NCBI RefSeq assembly: GCF_009834535.1
Contig: NC_045697.1
Location: forward strand, 115,322,001-115,386,000
Source of the DNA: Camelus ferus
Taxonomy: Eukaryota
Reading direction: 5' to 3'
DNA length: 64,000 bases
Each line of letters opens with the position of its first letter. Position 1 is the stretch's first letter. Below the pieces are notes generated by a model, which worked only from the letters and a program-made list of their open reading frames with translations, did no database searches and was not told the origin of the DNA. The position numbers and the translations under genes were made by a program. Shown here one piece after another: positions 13,321-25,419 of this stretch.

Positions 13321-14509
13321 CCACATTTAATTTTAAAAGGGAGAGAATCACTGCTGCTAATATAAAAATTAAGTTATTGCTCTATATGACCTTGATCTGT
13401 TTCCTTTCTCTTTCTCTTCCTCTCTCTGAGTCAGATGTCCTTTCTTTCTTTTTTTTTTTTTTTAATACCTGCCCTCCACTGCACCATAACTTCTGGGCCC
13501 CAACATGATCCATCCTCAATCTTCAGAATTTTCTTCATTCTCTATCTTTCCTAAAAATTTTAAGTTCTCTTCCTTCAGGGGCACATTTTCTCCTAGAAGT
13601 CAACAATATTATGCAGATGAGCATTTATTTATATAAATATTATGGTAATTTATTACATAATGGAAACTACTTAGAAACACCAGTATCTTACATAAAACTG
13701 GAAAATGGTTGAAAAGATTGTAAAGTAAACTTATTTCATTACAAAAATCATCCCATATTTAAGAGGACATATAATTTTCTTTAAGTATCAGCAAAATCAT
13801 TAAAATAATTATAGTAAAGGAGTTTAGATATTTTTAAAGTAAATTTGGGAGGGGAAAGGGTCCCCAATCTATGTCTTATTACAATAAAATGTTAGAATTT
13901 TCTATTTCTTATATAGTCACTTAAAGAAATTTTAAACTAATAGTCAAATAACTTCTCTGCTTTTTACTTTCTACTTATTGAAATAACCTTTAAGTTTATT
14001 TTACCTTATTCTTACAAAACGCCTAGGCTCTCTACAAGGCAAACATTGAATTGAAAAGGATGCTGTATCTTAATTTCCATTCATAAGGTCTTTAAAAAAA
14101 AAAAGCCTCTCTGTCACCCTTACATAGTAGAAACCTAATTTCCCTCATAATTGCCACAACCAACAATATAACACTTATATTTGCCTGTAGAAACAAGAGC
14201 ATGAGATCCCAATAAAGTGAGATATTAGTCTAAATATTCAATTTCACAGAACCATAAATTTTTTCCTTGGGAGCTAATAGCTCCAGTTCACCAAATCCCA
14301 AATTTGTAACCCTAGAACCATAAAATTTTTGAGTGACTGATGGCTAAAACTGACAGTTGCCCGTTGCTCTTTGATTCTTTGTTTTAGATTCATGCATTTG
14401 GTCAGAAAGAAGTAACACCATATTTTAACTAGGGGTTCAAAAAAAATGTTGCATGATGTGAGGGAACCTGAGACTTTCCAGAGATTCAATTTCCTCTTTA
14501 TTAGAAAGG

Positions 14510-15482
14510 CTCCAGTGTGTGAAGTGACTTAGGAATGGAAACAGGGTGAGCATTGTGAGTCTCCTTTTATAACTCATGTTAAACTTCTGACATTGGACCT
14601 GGAGTTTTTCCTTTTATGGAGATTGAGGGACATTTTAATAGGCTGCCAATCTGTTTTATTCTCAGGGACACCACATTCAATGAATCACAAGCAAAGAGTC
14701 CCAGTAGGTCAAAACATTCTGATCACGATTGTCTCCCTACTCCATGCTCTGCTAGTCATGACATCTTGTCTATAAGAGTTAGGCACTACCACTTGATCCT
14801 TGCTGCTCTAAGTTCATAGCATCCCCACTGAATTGGGGAAGCCATCTTAATGGCAGCGTTTCCCATAGTCACATCCAGCCTGCAGAAGACCAACAACACA
14901 CAACACGGGCATTTTCAACACATCCTCAGCTATTCTGGAGTTCCCATCACTAACATAGCCATCAACGTCTTGGTGAACGGAGAGTCTTCTAGGCTCTATT
15001 AGGGACGTAACAGGGGGTGGCATGCAGGTCACACATGATAAATGCACTCCAACATTTCTTTCTTCCGAAGAAATTCTTTCTGCCTTTGAATTTCTTACAG
15101 TATTCCAATTATTGTGAATCCAAGTTGAAATCAATTAAGCAAATGAGGAATTGGAGGCAATTCCAGGTGCTCATCACTCATTCAATCCAGTATCCATGGT
15201 AAGGGCAACTGTACCTATATATTTAGAATCTGGATGCTAAAACCAATTACTGTTGCGGAGACCAAGAGCTATTACTAAGTGGTACAAAACAGTAAGAATA
15301 AAAGTACATTTTTCTATCTTCAGGTCCTGCCATCTCTCTTGCATTTCTTTTTGGCAGAACTGAATAAGAAGTCAACTAACCAGGGAGACATTAGGTTGGT
15401 GATACCTCACTCCTAGCATCATAGAAGAGGCTAAAAAATGGAGGACATTGAAATGAGAGACAAGAGCTTAATTAATGACACA
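14510..15482 (-). mobile_element. ERVL relic: LTR33-like 5' LTR fragment (~15250-15482) plus decayed gag-like internal sequence
   Basis: Minus strand near 14790-14900 resembles ERVL gag (cttctgcaggctggatgtgactatgggaaacgctgcc...ggatcaagtggtagtgcctaac); LTR/internal junction gcaacagtaattgg. Confidence 0.7.
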
Positions 15483-16049
15483 GCTTCTTAAAATAATACA
15501 ATTACTTCTGTTTTATGCATTATTAAGCTTACATTTGAAGTTTCATCATCTATTTAAATGTATTTAGTTTTGTGTTAATATGAGTTACAAATCTTAAACA
15601 TTTGATAAGATAAGGATTCAAGGAAAACTGATATAACTCTGCCACAAAATGATTAATAGAAATAATATTAACTCAGTTACTGTATGTCTTATGATGGATT
15701 TAAAATGTTATCAAAAGTAAAAAAATATATATATTATATATAGTAAAAGTGTCTTCTATTTGGAAAATATTCTACTTAAATTTTTAAAAATTAGGTTTAA
15801 TACCTTAGTTCAAATTAATATTTCGAATTCAGAACATTCCAACATAGGTCAATAAATATTCAGTAAGAATAGTAATGTGAATATGAATAAAAGAAAGTCA
15901 AAAATACTATGAAATTAAAGTAGTTTAATCATTTAATTAAAGATTATACCTAATGCAAATAATGTACTTTGAAATACCCATTTTTTGGGGTCTTGGGATA
16001 TTTTCATATTTTGGAGCACTATACCACAATGAAATTTGAGATGAGTGAG

Positions 16050-16982
16050 GAATTTGACTTCTGTGTCTGACCTTACTGTTATCTCCCATGATCCATTACT
16101 GCCAGTTTGCATGTGAATCCCAGGTCTTCGTGTAGAAGAAGGGTATCTATTGCCCCATGTTAAGGGTTGAGTACAAGTCTTTTTGGCCAGTGAAACATGA
16201 AGGGAGGTGACATTTGACAGGACTACACAGAAACATTGAAAGCCAGTGTGTACTTCTGCTAGCTGGTTTATTTCCTCCCCACTGCCGTGTCCCAAACAGG
16301 TGTTGCTCTTTCAGCCTGGATCACAAACATAGCAAGACCAATGGAATATTAGTCAACCATAAAAAAGACTTAAAAATGCCATTTGAGCAACACGGATGGG
16401 CCTAGAGATTATCATATTAAGTGAAGTCAGTCAGAAAAAGACAAATATCATATGATATCACTTCCGTGTGGAATCTAAAAAAATATGATACAAATTCTAT
16501 TTTCAAACCATAAACAGACTCACAGACATAGAAAACAAACTGTGGTTACTAAAGGGGAAAGCATAAATTACAGGGGAGGAATAAATTACAGGTTGGGGAT
16601 TAACAGACACAAGTTATGTATAAAACTATAAAATAGATACACAACAAGGACCTACTGTATAGCACAGGGAACCATATTAAATTTCGTATAATAACCTATA
16701 ATGGAAAAGAATCTGAGAAGAAAAAAATACATAGGTATGTATATGAATAACTGAATCACTTCGCTGTACATCTGAAACTTGCATCGTAAATCAACTACAC
16801 TTCAATTTTTTTTTAAAGAAGACACTTTAAGAAGTTTTAAATCTGACCTTTAGGCTGGAGCTTAGCTGTAGCTAATCAGCAGTCAATGTACAATGTGAGA
16901 ACCAAATAATTTTTTGTTCTAAGACACTGAGATTGGGGAGTTGTTTTTTGCCACAGCATAAATCAGTAAAATTTAACTTACA
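16050..16982 (+). mobile_element. Old MLT1 (I/J-like) LTR split by an L1
   Basis: ttggccagtgaaacatgaagggaggtgaca; tgctctttcagcctggatc; 3' end aagacactgagattggggagttgttttttgccacagcataa. Confidence 0.75.
16339..16815 (+). mobile_element. 5'-truncated L1 3' end
   Basis: caatggaatattagtcaaccataaaaaag...acagactcacagacatagaaaacaaac...tatagcacagggaacc...aatcaactacacttcaat. Confidence 0.92.
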
Positions 16983-18526
16983 CTTCTATTTTGATATAGT
17001 AGGAGAAGGGATATTTTGAACTCAGGAAAATTCTAAAGCAGTTTCGGGAAAAAGAGTATATATGGAAGCTGAAGTTGTGGAAATTAACTCTCTCCGAAGA
17101 AGCGGGCCAAACTTAGTCCTTGGAAAGACTTTTAAGGACTTCCGAGAGTACGTCTTAATGCGAAGACTGCGGAATTGTACAACATGAACTGAAGAATAGC
17201 ATGAACCCCTCAGCTGGACCCTGTCACACCCCAAAGCAAAGAGACTACATCTCTCTCATAGCCTTGCTAATATTTAAAATTTATTTAGTGGGGAAGCTAT
17301 ATTTCATTATATTTCTGAAGAAAACACAAATAACCAAGAAAGTAGACATGTGACACAGTTATGGAATAACGGATTATCAGTCAATCACAGATAATTTTGA
17401 AACTGTAGGTTTGGGTTGAAATAAGATGCCTCACCTGCATTCTAGAAGCTGGGAAAGATTCTATAATTGGCAACTTGGTTTTCCAAAGAAGAAAATTATT
17501 TTTCACATTTTTCCAGGAAAAATTCCAGTACTTGCTACAGGAATAACAATTTATATACTGCTATTTAATTCTTTATTGTGAAACTGCATTTTTAACTATG
17601 GGAAATGTTTTTTAAAAATTATAAGATAATCAGCTTCCGTTGCTTATTTATTCTGCTACATACAGTCTAGTATTCACTGTTGAGTGTAAGCTTTTTCCTA
17701 CACCACATTTTCGATGTCAGTTGAAACAGGAACTCATTGAGTCTTTTCCGAACTTTTTTTTAATTCAGTGAGCTGATTCCTCTCCTTTCACTTTTGTGTG
17801 TGTGTGTGTGTGTGTTCCCAATACATAGTGAAGTGAAAAGAATCTTTGCAGGTCTAATTTTGAAACAGCTTTGAATCACTTTTTCAAAGAGCATTTCGGT
17901 TTCCCATTGCTGTTGTTGCTGTGGACCTGTAACAATACACTGTTCCTTCCAGGACTGAAGCCGCTCTCTGAGTTGGCTTTATAACTGAGGAAATGGTATA
18001 AATTATTTTGAACCAGTTCAGCACTGCTACAATAGTCCCTTAGTCCTTTTAAGTCAAGCCTTAATGCAGACTTATAGCTGCCTCTGAAGATACCCCAGGC
18101 TTCAATGAAAATATTTATTTTTATTTACATTCTTACTACATTTTCTTCATCCCAGTTCCTACAAGATGCCCATTTCCTGATCATATTATGGAGTTTCTGG
18201 AATGCCAAGACCATGTTTTATTCATTCTCATATTAACTTTAATACTTCTCTTATAGAATGTGAAAAATTATTAAAATGTGGATAGATTTCTCCATCCCTT
18301 TATCCACACAATCTTGAGGTGCTGTAACGTTTCTCATTAGAATGTAGGGCACTTTCTTCCTGTTTATTCTGGCCTTTCTTATGATATTTTCCCCCAATAG
18401 AATGTGATAGCAGTGACCTCGTACAAATTAGAAACTTCGTCACAGGAATCTTGGCATGCTTGAATTTTGTCATTGCCTTGTGGATAAACACAGGCTTACC
18501 TGCTGGGGAACGAGGGAAAACATGAA

Positions 18527-20928
18527 GGCGAAAGTGGGATCAAGATGGCAGAGCAGGTGCTGAGCTTGCCTCCTCCCATGGACACATCCAAACGACACCT
18601 CCATACGGAGTGACTCTTTCTGAGGATGACCTGAAAACTGGAAGAACAGATGTTCTACAAAGATATAAAGGAAGAACCACACAGAGTCTGGGAGGAGGGG
18701 AGGAGAACTCAACTAGTTGGGACCCACGCCCCACATGACACAAAAGAGCAGAGAGCTATCACAGGCTGGGGTATCCTCCCTGAGGAGCAAGGGGTTTGAG
18801 CCTGACCTTGGGTACCACAGCCCTGGGATCAGGCATAGGGGAGATAAACCCCTTCACTGGCTTGAAAACCAGTGGGGCTTACCTAAGGGCTGTAAGGAAC
18901 TGAGACTCTGCTCTTAAGAACATGCACAGATTTGCTTGCGCCCAGTCCCAGTGCAGAGGCAGAAAATTGAAAACACCATGTGCTCAGGCCAGCTGGTCAG
19001 GACCACGCCAGAATCCCCCTGCCTGCACGAAGCATCAGCTCCTGCCCCTCATGTTCTGGCCTGGCTCCCCACCAAGGCAGAGGCTGTCATCACACCAGGG
19101 AGAAAGTGAATGTTACCCTGGACTGGAGCTCGAGCCAGCTGAAAACCTGGAGTCCTGGCCCTGACTCTGTCTAAGGTGACATCTGCCATCCAGTAGGGAG
19201 AAGCCACAGCACACTCCAAACATGGGTCCAGCCCCCAGATCCCAGCTCTGCCTTCCAATAAGGCAGTGACCACCATCACGCCAGCAGCTCAAGTAGGCTT
19301 AGGCTCCATCTTTTCCAGGCCTGGCCTACACCTCACCAAGACCGTAAACACCACTGAACCAAGACAGAAGCCATACCTGACACCGGGCTTTGTCTCCAGC
19401 ATCCCCAGCTCTGACCCCACCCTCATCAAGGTAGCACCTATCACAGTACCAAGGGAGAAGCCCTGGCTCACAACAGGCTCCAGCTCTAACCCATCCAGCC
19501 CCAGCCCTACCCCACACCAAGGCGATGGCCACAACTGCATCCCAGGAGAAGATACAGCTCACGCTCATTTCACATCCAGCTCTCTCACCAAAGCCGCTGG
19601 ACACATGTGGACTACACAAGGATGCTTACACACAAGGACATGCTTTAAGACCAGATAGGTAACTCTTTTGCCTACTTTTATAGAGAAAAAGAGAAAGCCA
19701 AACAAAATAAGAAGACAGAGGAACTACCATAGGATCCAGCAATCCACTCCTGGGTATTTAATCCAATAAAAGTCAAAATACTCATATATCCAGAGGGAAC
19801 TCTAATTGGAAAAGATACATGCTCCCCAATGTTCATAGTAGCACTGTTTACAATAGCCAAGACATGGAAGCAACCTAAATGTCTATCAACAGATGACTGG
19901 ATAAAGAAGCTGTGGTATATTTATAGAATGGAATACTACTCAGCCATAAAAAGGAATGAAATAATGTCATTTGCATCAACATGGATGGATCTGGAGATTG
20001 TCATTCTAAGTGAAGTAAGCCAGAAAGAGAAAGAAAAATACCATATGATATCATTCACATGTGGAACTAAAATAAAAGAAAAAAAAAAAGACACAAATGA
20101 ACTTATTTACAAAACAGAAACAGACTCACAGACATAGAAAGCAAATTTATGGTTACCACTGGAGGAAGGGAGTGGGAAGGGATAAATTGGGAGTTTAAGA
20201 TTTGCAGATACTAACTACTATACATAAAACAGATAAAAAGTTTATACTGTATAGCACAGGGAACTATATTCAGTATCTTGCAGTAACTTATAATGAAAAC
20301 AATATGAAATATTCTAACCCCATGAATACGTGTATGTATGACTGAAACATTATGCTGTGCATCAGAAATTGACATAACATTATAAACTGATTATACTTCA
20401 ATAAAGATTTTTTAAAAATTAAAAAAGCCAAAATACTAACTTTAAAACAAAACAAAAAATAATCATATATAATATATAAGAATAAAATAATTATTATATA
20501 TAATGGAATATTAGTAATAAAATGAATAAAATGTTACCATTTGCGATAACATGAATGGACCTGGAGGTTATAATACTTAATAAAATAAGTCAGACAAAGA
20601 AAGATAAACACTGTATATTTTCACTTATACGTGGAATCTAAAAAATAAAGCAGATGAACAAATATAGCAAAACATAAACAGACTCACAGATACAGAGAAC
20701 AAACTAATGGGGTAGGTAGCAGTAGAGGCGAAAGAGGTGAAGGGGGTTAGGAGGTACAAACTACTAGGTATAAAAGAGATGCTACAAGGATGTAATATAC
20801 AGCACAGGGAAAACAGTCAATATCGTATAATAACCTTGTACAGAGTGTCATCTCTAAAAATATCAAGTGACTGTGTTGCACACCTGAAACTAATATGATA
20901 TTGTAATTCAATTATATTTCAATAAAAA
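18527..20928 (+). mobile_element. Internally deleted L1: 5'UTR and ORF1 start (to ~19722) fused to ORF2 C-terminus and 3'UTR
   Basis: YY1-like caagatggc at the 5' end, ~1.2 kb GC-rich UTR, junction aagaagacagaggaa|ctaccataggatccagcaatcc; TSD agggaaaacatgaa 18513-26 vs agggatcacatgaa 20929-42 (12/14). Confidence 0.85.
19783..20422 (+). mobile_element. Young 5'-truncated L1 nested in the deleted L1
   Basis: ORF 19829-20137 is L1 ORF2 C-terminus (MFIVALFTIAKTWKQPKC...WIKKLWYIY); TSD aaaagtcaaaatact 19768-82 vs aaaagccaaaatact 20423-37. Confidence 0.95.
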
Positions 20929-21244
20929 AGGGATCACATGAAATAAAGTCACGTTCTGTGGCTATCAACACCAGGCATCCCTCAGCCACACCAGTCACTA
21001 ACTATTGATGCATAAGCCCAGCCTGGAGTCACCAAAAAGAACAACAACCAAGCCCAACCCTAAGTGCTGACTCACAGAACTAGAAGCTAAATAAATTATT
21101 GCTTTTTTAAGCCCTACGCTTTGGGACTGCTTGAGATACAGCACAAACTAACAAATACACAAATATACAGAGAAAAGTCAGTGAAAACAAAGTGACATAA
21201 AATTTTACCTGTTCTTCTATATACCACATGTAATGTCCTGTAGT

Positions 21245-23190
21245 TCTTTTTTTTAAATTATATTTTTATTTTCTTGTTCTAATCCTCTAGTACATACAAT
21301 TTGATCAATTCGTATGTCCCACAGAAAGGAATACAATACCATCATCCATATATATTTGAACTCAAGCTTCATTTTTTCACATCTTATTTTTCACTGAAGA
21401 TTTCAAAATTACCATAGATACCTAAGAATTTTTTTAAAACAATTATCCACAGTGAGTATTTGGCTTGGTTTATTTTTATTTTGTTGTTTTTTATTATGTT
21501 TTTAAGATTCCACATGCACTGATCTTTTTCTGTCTTATTTTACTTAGCATAATACCCTTAATGTGTATGGGTATTGTTGCAAACGGTAAGATATAATTTG
21601 TTATGGCTGAATATTATTCCGCTTAGTATTTTTTGCTGCATATTTTTTGCCTCCTTTATCATAGATTAATTGACTATGTGGGCACAGGTTTATTTCTGTA
21701 CTTTCTATCCTGTTCCATTGATCTATGTGTCTCTTTTATTTTTGTACTGTTTTGATTACTGTAGCTTTGTATTATAGTCTAAAATCACAATGCATGATTC
21801 TTGCAGCTCTGTTCTTTTTTCTCAAATTGCCTTAGATACTTGGGGACTTTTGTCATTCCATGCAAATTTGGGGATTATTTGTCCTAATTCTGTGAAAAAT
21901 GTCATGGGCATTTTGAGAGGGATTGCATTAAATCTGTAGATTTCTTTGTGTAGTATGCACATTTTGACAATATCAATCTTCCAATCCATGAATATGAGAT
22001 ATCTTTTAATTTCTTTGTATGATCTTAAATTTCCTTCAACAGTGTTCTATAGTTTTCAGAGTATAGGTTTTTTAGTTCCTTTGTTAAGTTTATTCCAGGT
22101 ATTTTATTCTTCTTTAAATGGGATTGTTTTCTCACTTTCCTTTTCTGATAGTTCCTTATTATGATATAGAGCAACAACAGACTTTTATGTGTTAATCTTT
22201 TATTCTGCAAATTTGCTGAATTTACTCACTAGTTCTAAGTGTGTGCTCTCCTGCCTTCCAGCATTGGTTCTTTGCCCCAGAAAGGAGCAGCAATGGGCAA
22301 GAGGGATTGGAGTGGGTCCTCAGGGTGAGCTGGAGCACGGGCTGTGTCAGTCCTGGCACGACAGCCCAAGTTCCACACAGCTCCTGAGCTACAGCTTCCA
22401 CCTGCATCCATCATGGCTGCTCTCATCCTGTTCAGATGTAGTGCCGGTTCTGAGCTGGTCCTGTCTCCCACATTACCCTGGGCTGTGTCAGCCTTTGTCC
22501 TAGTGGGGAGCTGTGCTGTGGAGCAAGAGGGGTTAGAGTGAACCCTCATCGTGGGCCAGGGTGCACCCTGGGGCAGTTGGGAGAAACCAGCCAGAGTCCC
22601 AGGGACTCTCAGTCTTCTTCCTCTGCCTCATTCTGGGAGCAGGTAAGCATGTGGGCACTCTCCACAAGTGGAGTCCAAGTTTCTCACAGTCACCCTGCCA
22701 GTCCCAATGGTCTTTATGCCAGCCTATGGGGCTTGTCTTCCCAGTGCTGGCCCAAGGGTTCGGTTGAACTTGCTGAGGGGTACATGGTTTGAATCACTCA
22801 CCCCCAGCAAGTATCTCTGAGCCTGTGTGATACCCCCTTTTCTGTATGCCCTCTGAAAAGTTCAGGTCCCAACCCGATCACTTTTCTTCCCTTCCTACCT
22901 GAATCCTCCAATTTATTTTCAGTGTTAATTGCTTTACATGTAGCTGTAATTTTGATATCTTCATGGGGGGAGGTGAGCACAGCATCCTCCTACTCTGCCA
23001 TCTTGATCTCCTCAGCCTGTACCACATCTTCTTTATCCATTCAACCATTGATAGGAATTTAGATTGTTTCCATATCTTAGCTCTTGTAAATAATGCTGCA
23101 GTGAACCTGAAGGGTATCTCTTTTTGAGTTAGTGTTTTTGTTTTCTCCAGATAAACATATAGAAACAGAATTGCTGGATCATATGAAAAC
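21245..23190 (-). mobile_element. L1 3' end (host), split into ~23019-23190 and ~21245-21620
   Basis: Minus translation YDPAILFLYVYLEK...WIKKMWY stops at ~23019, and the expected continuation ggaataatattcagccataa appears at 21620-21601. Confidence 0.75.
21625..23015 (-). mobile_element. Second L1 5'UTR (23015-22240) fused to an internal ORF2 segment (22240-21640)
   Basis: gccatcttgatc (YY1-like start) at 22997-23008, GC-rich UTR, then ORF2 ([28 protein letters not shown] in ORF 22025-22210). Confidence 0.85.
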
Positions 23191-25419
23191 AGAAATTCTT
23201 TGTCATGAATGTGGATTTCTTTGGTGGTCAATAGGCTTGATATTGGAGAACATAACATTGGGGACAATAGTGTTTTTTCTTAGTACTCAGAGATTAGAGG
23301 GGAAAAAATGGGTATAATTTTTATTTTTATTCAATTTGTCACCTATCTGTTGATTCTGCTTACTTGCATATAGCATGTTGCTACAAATATTAAGGAATAT
23401 ATTAAGCTCAAAAAATAATGAAAGAAAACCATTGGCAAAGAAACTTTTCACATAGATTAAAACCTAAAAAAATTGACTTTATAACTTATATAACTGTATA
23501 ATATAACTCTGAAGGTATAGTTCATTAAACTATTACATGAAAATATAATTATAAATTTTAAAACTCAAAATAAACCAGGATAAAGGATACATTTTTAACA
23601 TTAGTTCTACATTTTAGTAAAAAATAGCTATTAGGTTAATAGGTACAGGTTTAAATATACCTCTCCTTTAATCTAAAAATAACAGTAAGTGTCTATTAAG
23701 AAAAAAATAATTACTAGTGATATATGAAAATACCATTTTCTCTTAGTTTTAAGTGTTAATTACCAACTGCATTTTACTTATCTCCACATAATACCCTATA
23801 TACTTTGTCATGCAACATTTTAAAACAACTGTGCTTCTTATGTCTTAATCTTACAAATTCTAAGTCAGTGGGGTCATATTCATGAAGTTTTCCTTCATTC
23901 TCAGCACGACAGAAAGGACAGGAGAAGTTGTCAAGGGCAGACAGGCTGGCTGTCTGTTTAAGGACTGTTACATTTCACTCTCTTATAATTAGACAGGTGT
24001 CATGTCCATTCTAAGGAGATCTATCAAAATATGCTGCACCTTTTTTTTTTTTCTTGTCTTCTCAGTTTGACAGAATTGATGGAAAAGAAAATTGAATAAA
24101 GAGACACTTTTTATTTTTTTTTTACTTGAGCTACTGCCAAAATAGAAAAGCAAAAGAGAAATGAAGGTTTTGAGTTGGGGGGTTAAGTAACTGCATAACG
24201 GGTAATATTTACCTGATAACAAAGCTACATTTTCATGATGGTCCTGCCTGGCATATAGGAAAGACATGGTCCTGATTCTAACCATCATTCATTCAGAGAT
24301 TTATGTTCCTGTAGGTTTATATTCGTTTGACCATTTCTAAGACCACTCATGTTAACTTAAGTAGATATTGACAAAGAGGAATCATTGTGGAGTCAATATG
24401 CATATGGTAGAAGTCAATGATGAAAATATATGCATGATAATTTAATGAGAGGCTTTTGTACTTTTCTTTCATTATAATTAAAAAAAAAAATCCTTATCTC
24501 AAGCTTGTGTTCTATAGTATATCATCCACAGTAGAGAAATAGTATATGTTTAGAAAAAGCATTATCTTCCTGAGATGTAGTTATGATTATGAGTCTGCTT
24601 TTCATAGATTTTTTAATGAGTAGTTTCACCAAAGTAATCATGTAATAGAGATAATCTAAGTGAACCAAGGAACCAGACATGAGAACTAAAAGAAGATCTG
24701 TGTTTTTCTGTGATGGCAGTGATGCACAAAAAAATAGCGTCATTGCATAATTCACTAGCAGTAAATCTTCCTGACTTCCAGGCTCCCGAGGAGCTGTATG
24801 CCTCTCTTTCTGTCAGTTTCCCAGCTTGAATAAAGAGAGGAATCTTTGTTTATTCAATCTTGTCTATATCTATCTTTTCTACAGTATAATAGCACAATTG
24901 CTATATCATGAGATACCTGGTGTGAGATGCCATCGTTTTAATTATTAATGCAATAATCAATTTTTTTCTAAATATTATAAAGGATTACCTGAAGCTTACA
25001 CACAGCAAGTGTAAAATTTGATGGTAAATCACATTTCAGCATTTCCAGTGCCAAAGAATGATTATTTTAAAAGTTTATTCAATTTTTAATGTCTAATATT
25101 TATCAAAAAAAATTATTCTCTTTCTCATTCTTTCTAAAAAATAAGTGCTGGACCATTTACTATTTTTTTTAATATGAAAGTGAACAGGAAAGGAAAAAAC
25201 CCAGAACTTGGTATTCTAATGAGATTAAATGTGTAAGAAAATGCATACTTTCAATTAGTGTTAACTGAAATTATACAGGAAACAAATACAAAAATAAACC
25301 AGGTGATAGAATAGTTGGTGACTGGGAAAGCTGTTTTAGTAAGGTACTTAGATCATATCTTTAAGGAGGTAAAATCTGAGCTAAAGATGAGTATTGCAGT
25401 AGGTCTAGATATGTACAAA

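Larger units (their letters stand above)
18400..21160 (+). mobile_element. MLT1 LTR (host), split by L1 insertions: ~18400-18526 and 20929-21160
   Basis: Right piece has a typical MLT1 end (gctgactcacagaactagaagctaaataaattattgcttttttaagcc...cagcacaaactaacaaataca); left boundary uncertain. Confidence 0.65.

Noticed and set aside
18470..19660. Cluster of overlapping ORFs in GC-rich sequence suggesting a gene or CpG island
   Set aside because: It is an L1 5'UTR; the ORFs reflect low stop-codon density. The same applies to 22189-22980.
23898..23925. RE1/NRSE-like motif (tcagcacgacagaaaggacag)
   Set aside because: Three mismatches in the core or a non-canonical spacer; too weak without data.
24208..24314. 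Minus-strand 96-nt exon candidate (24308-24213) with CAG|gtaaat donor
   Set aside because: The acceptor lacks a pyrimidine tract and the phase-0 frame has a stop; consistent with chance.
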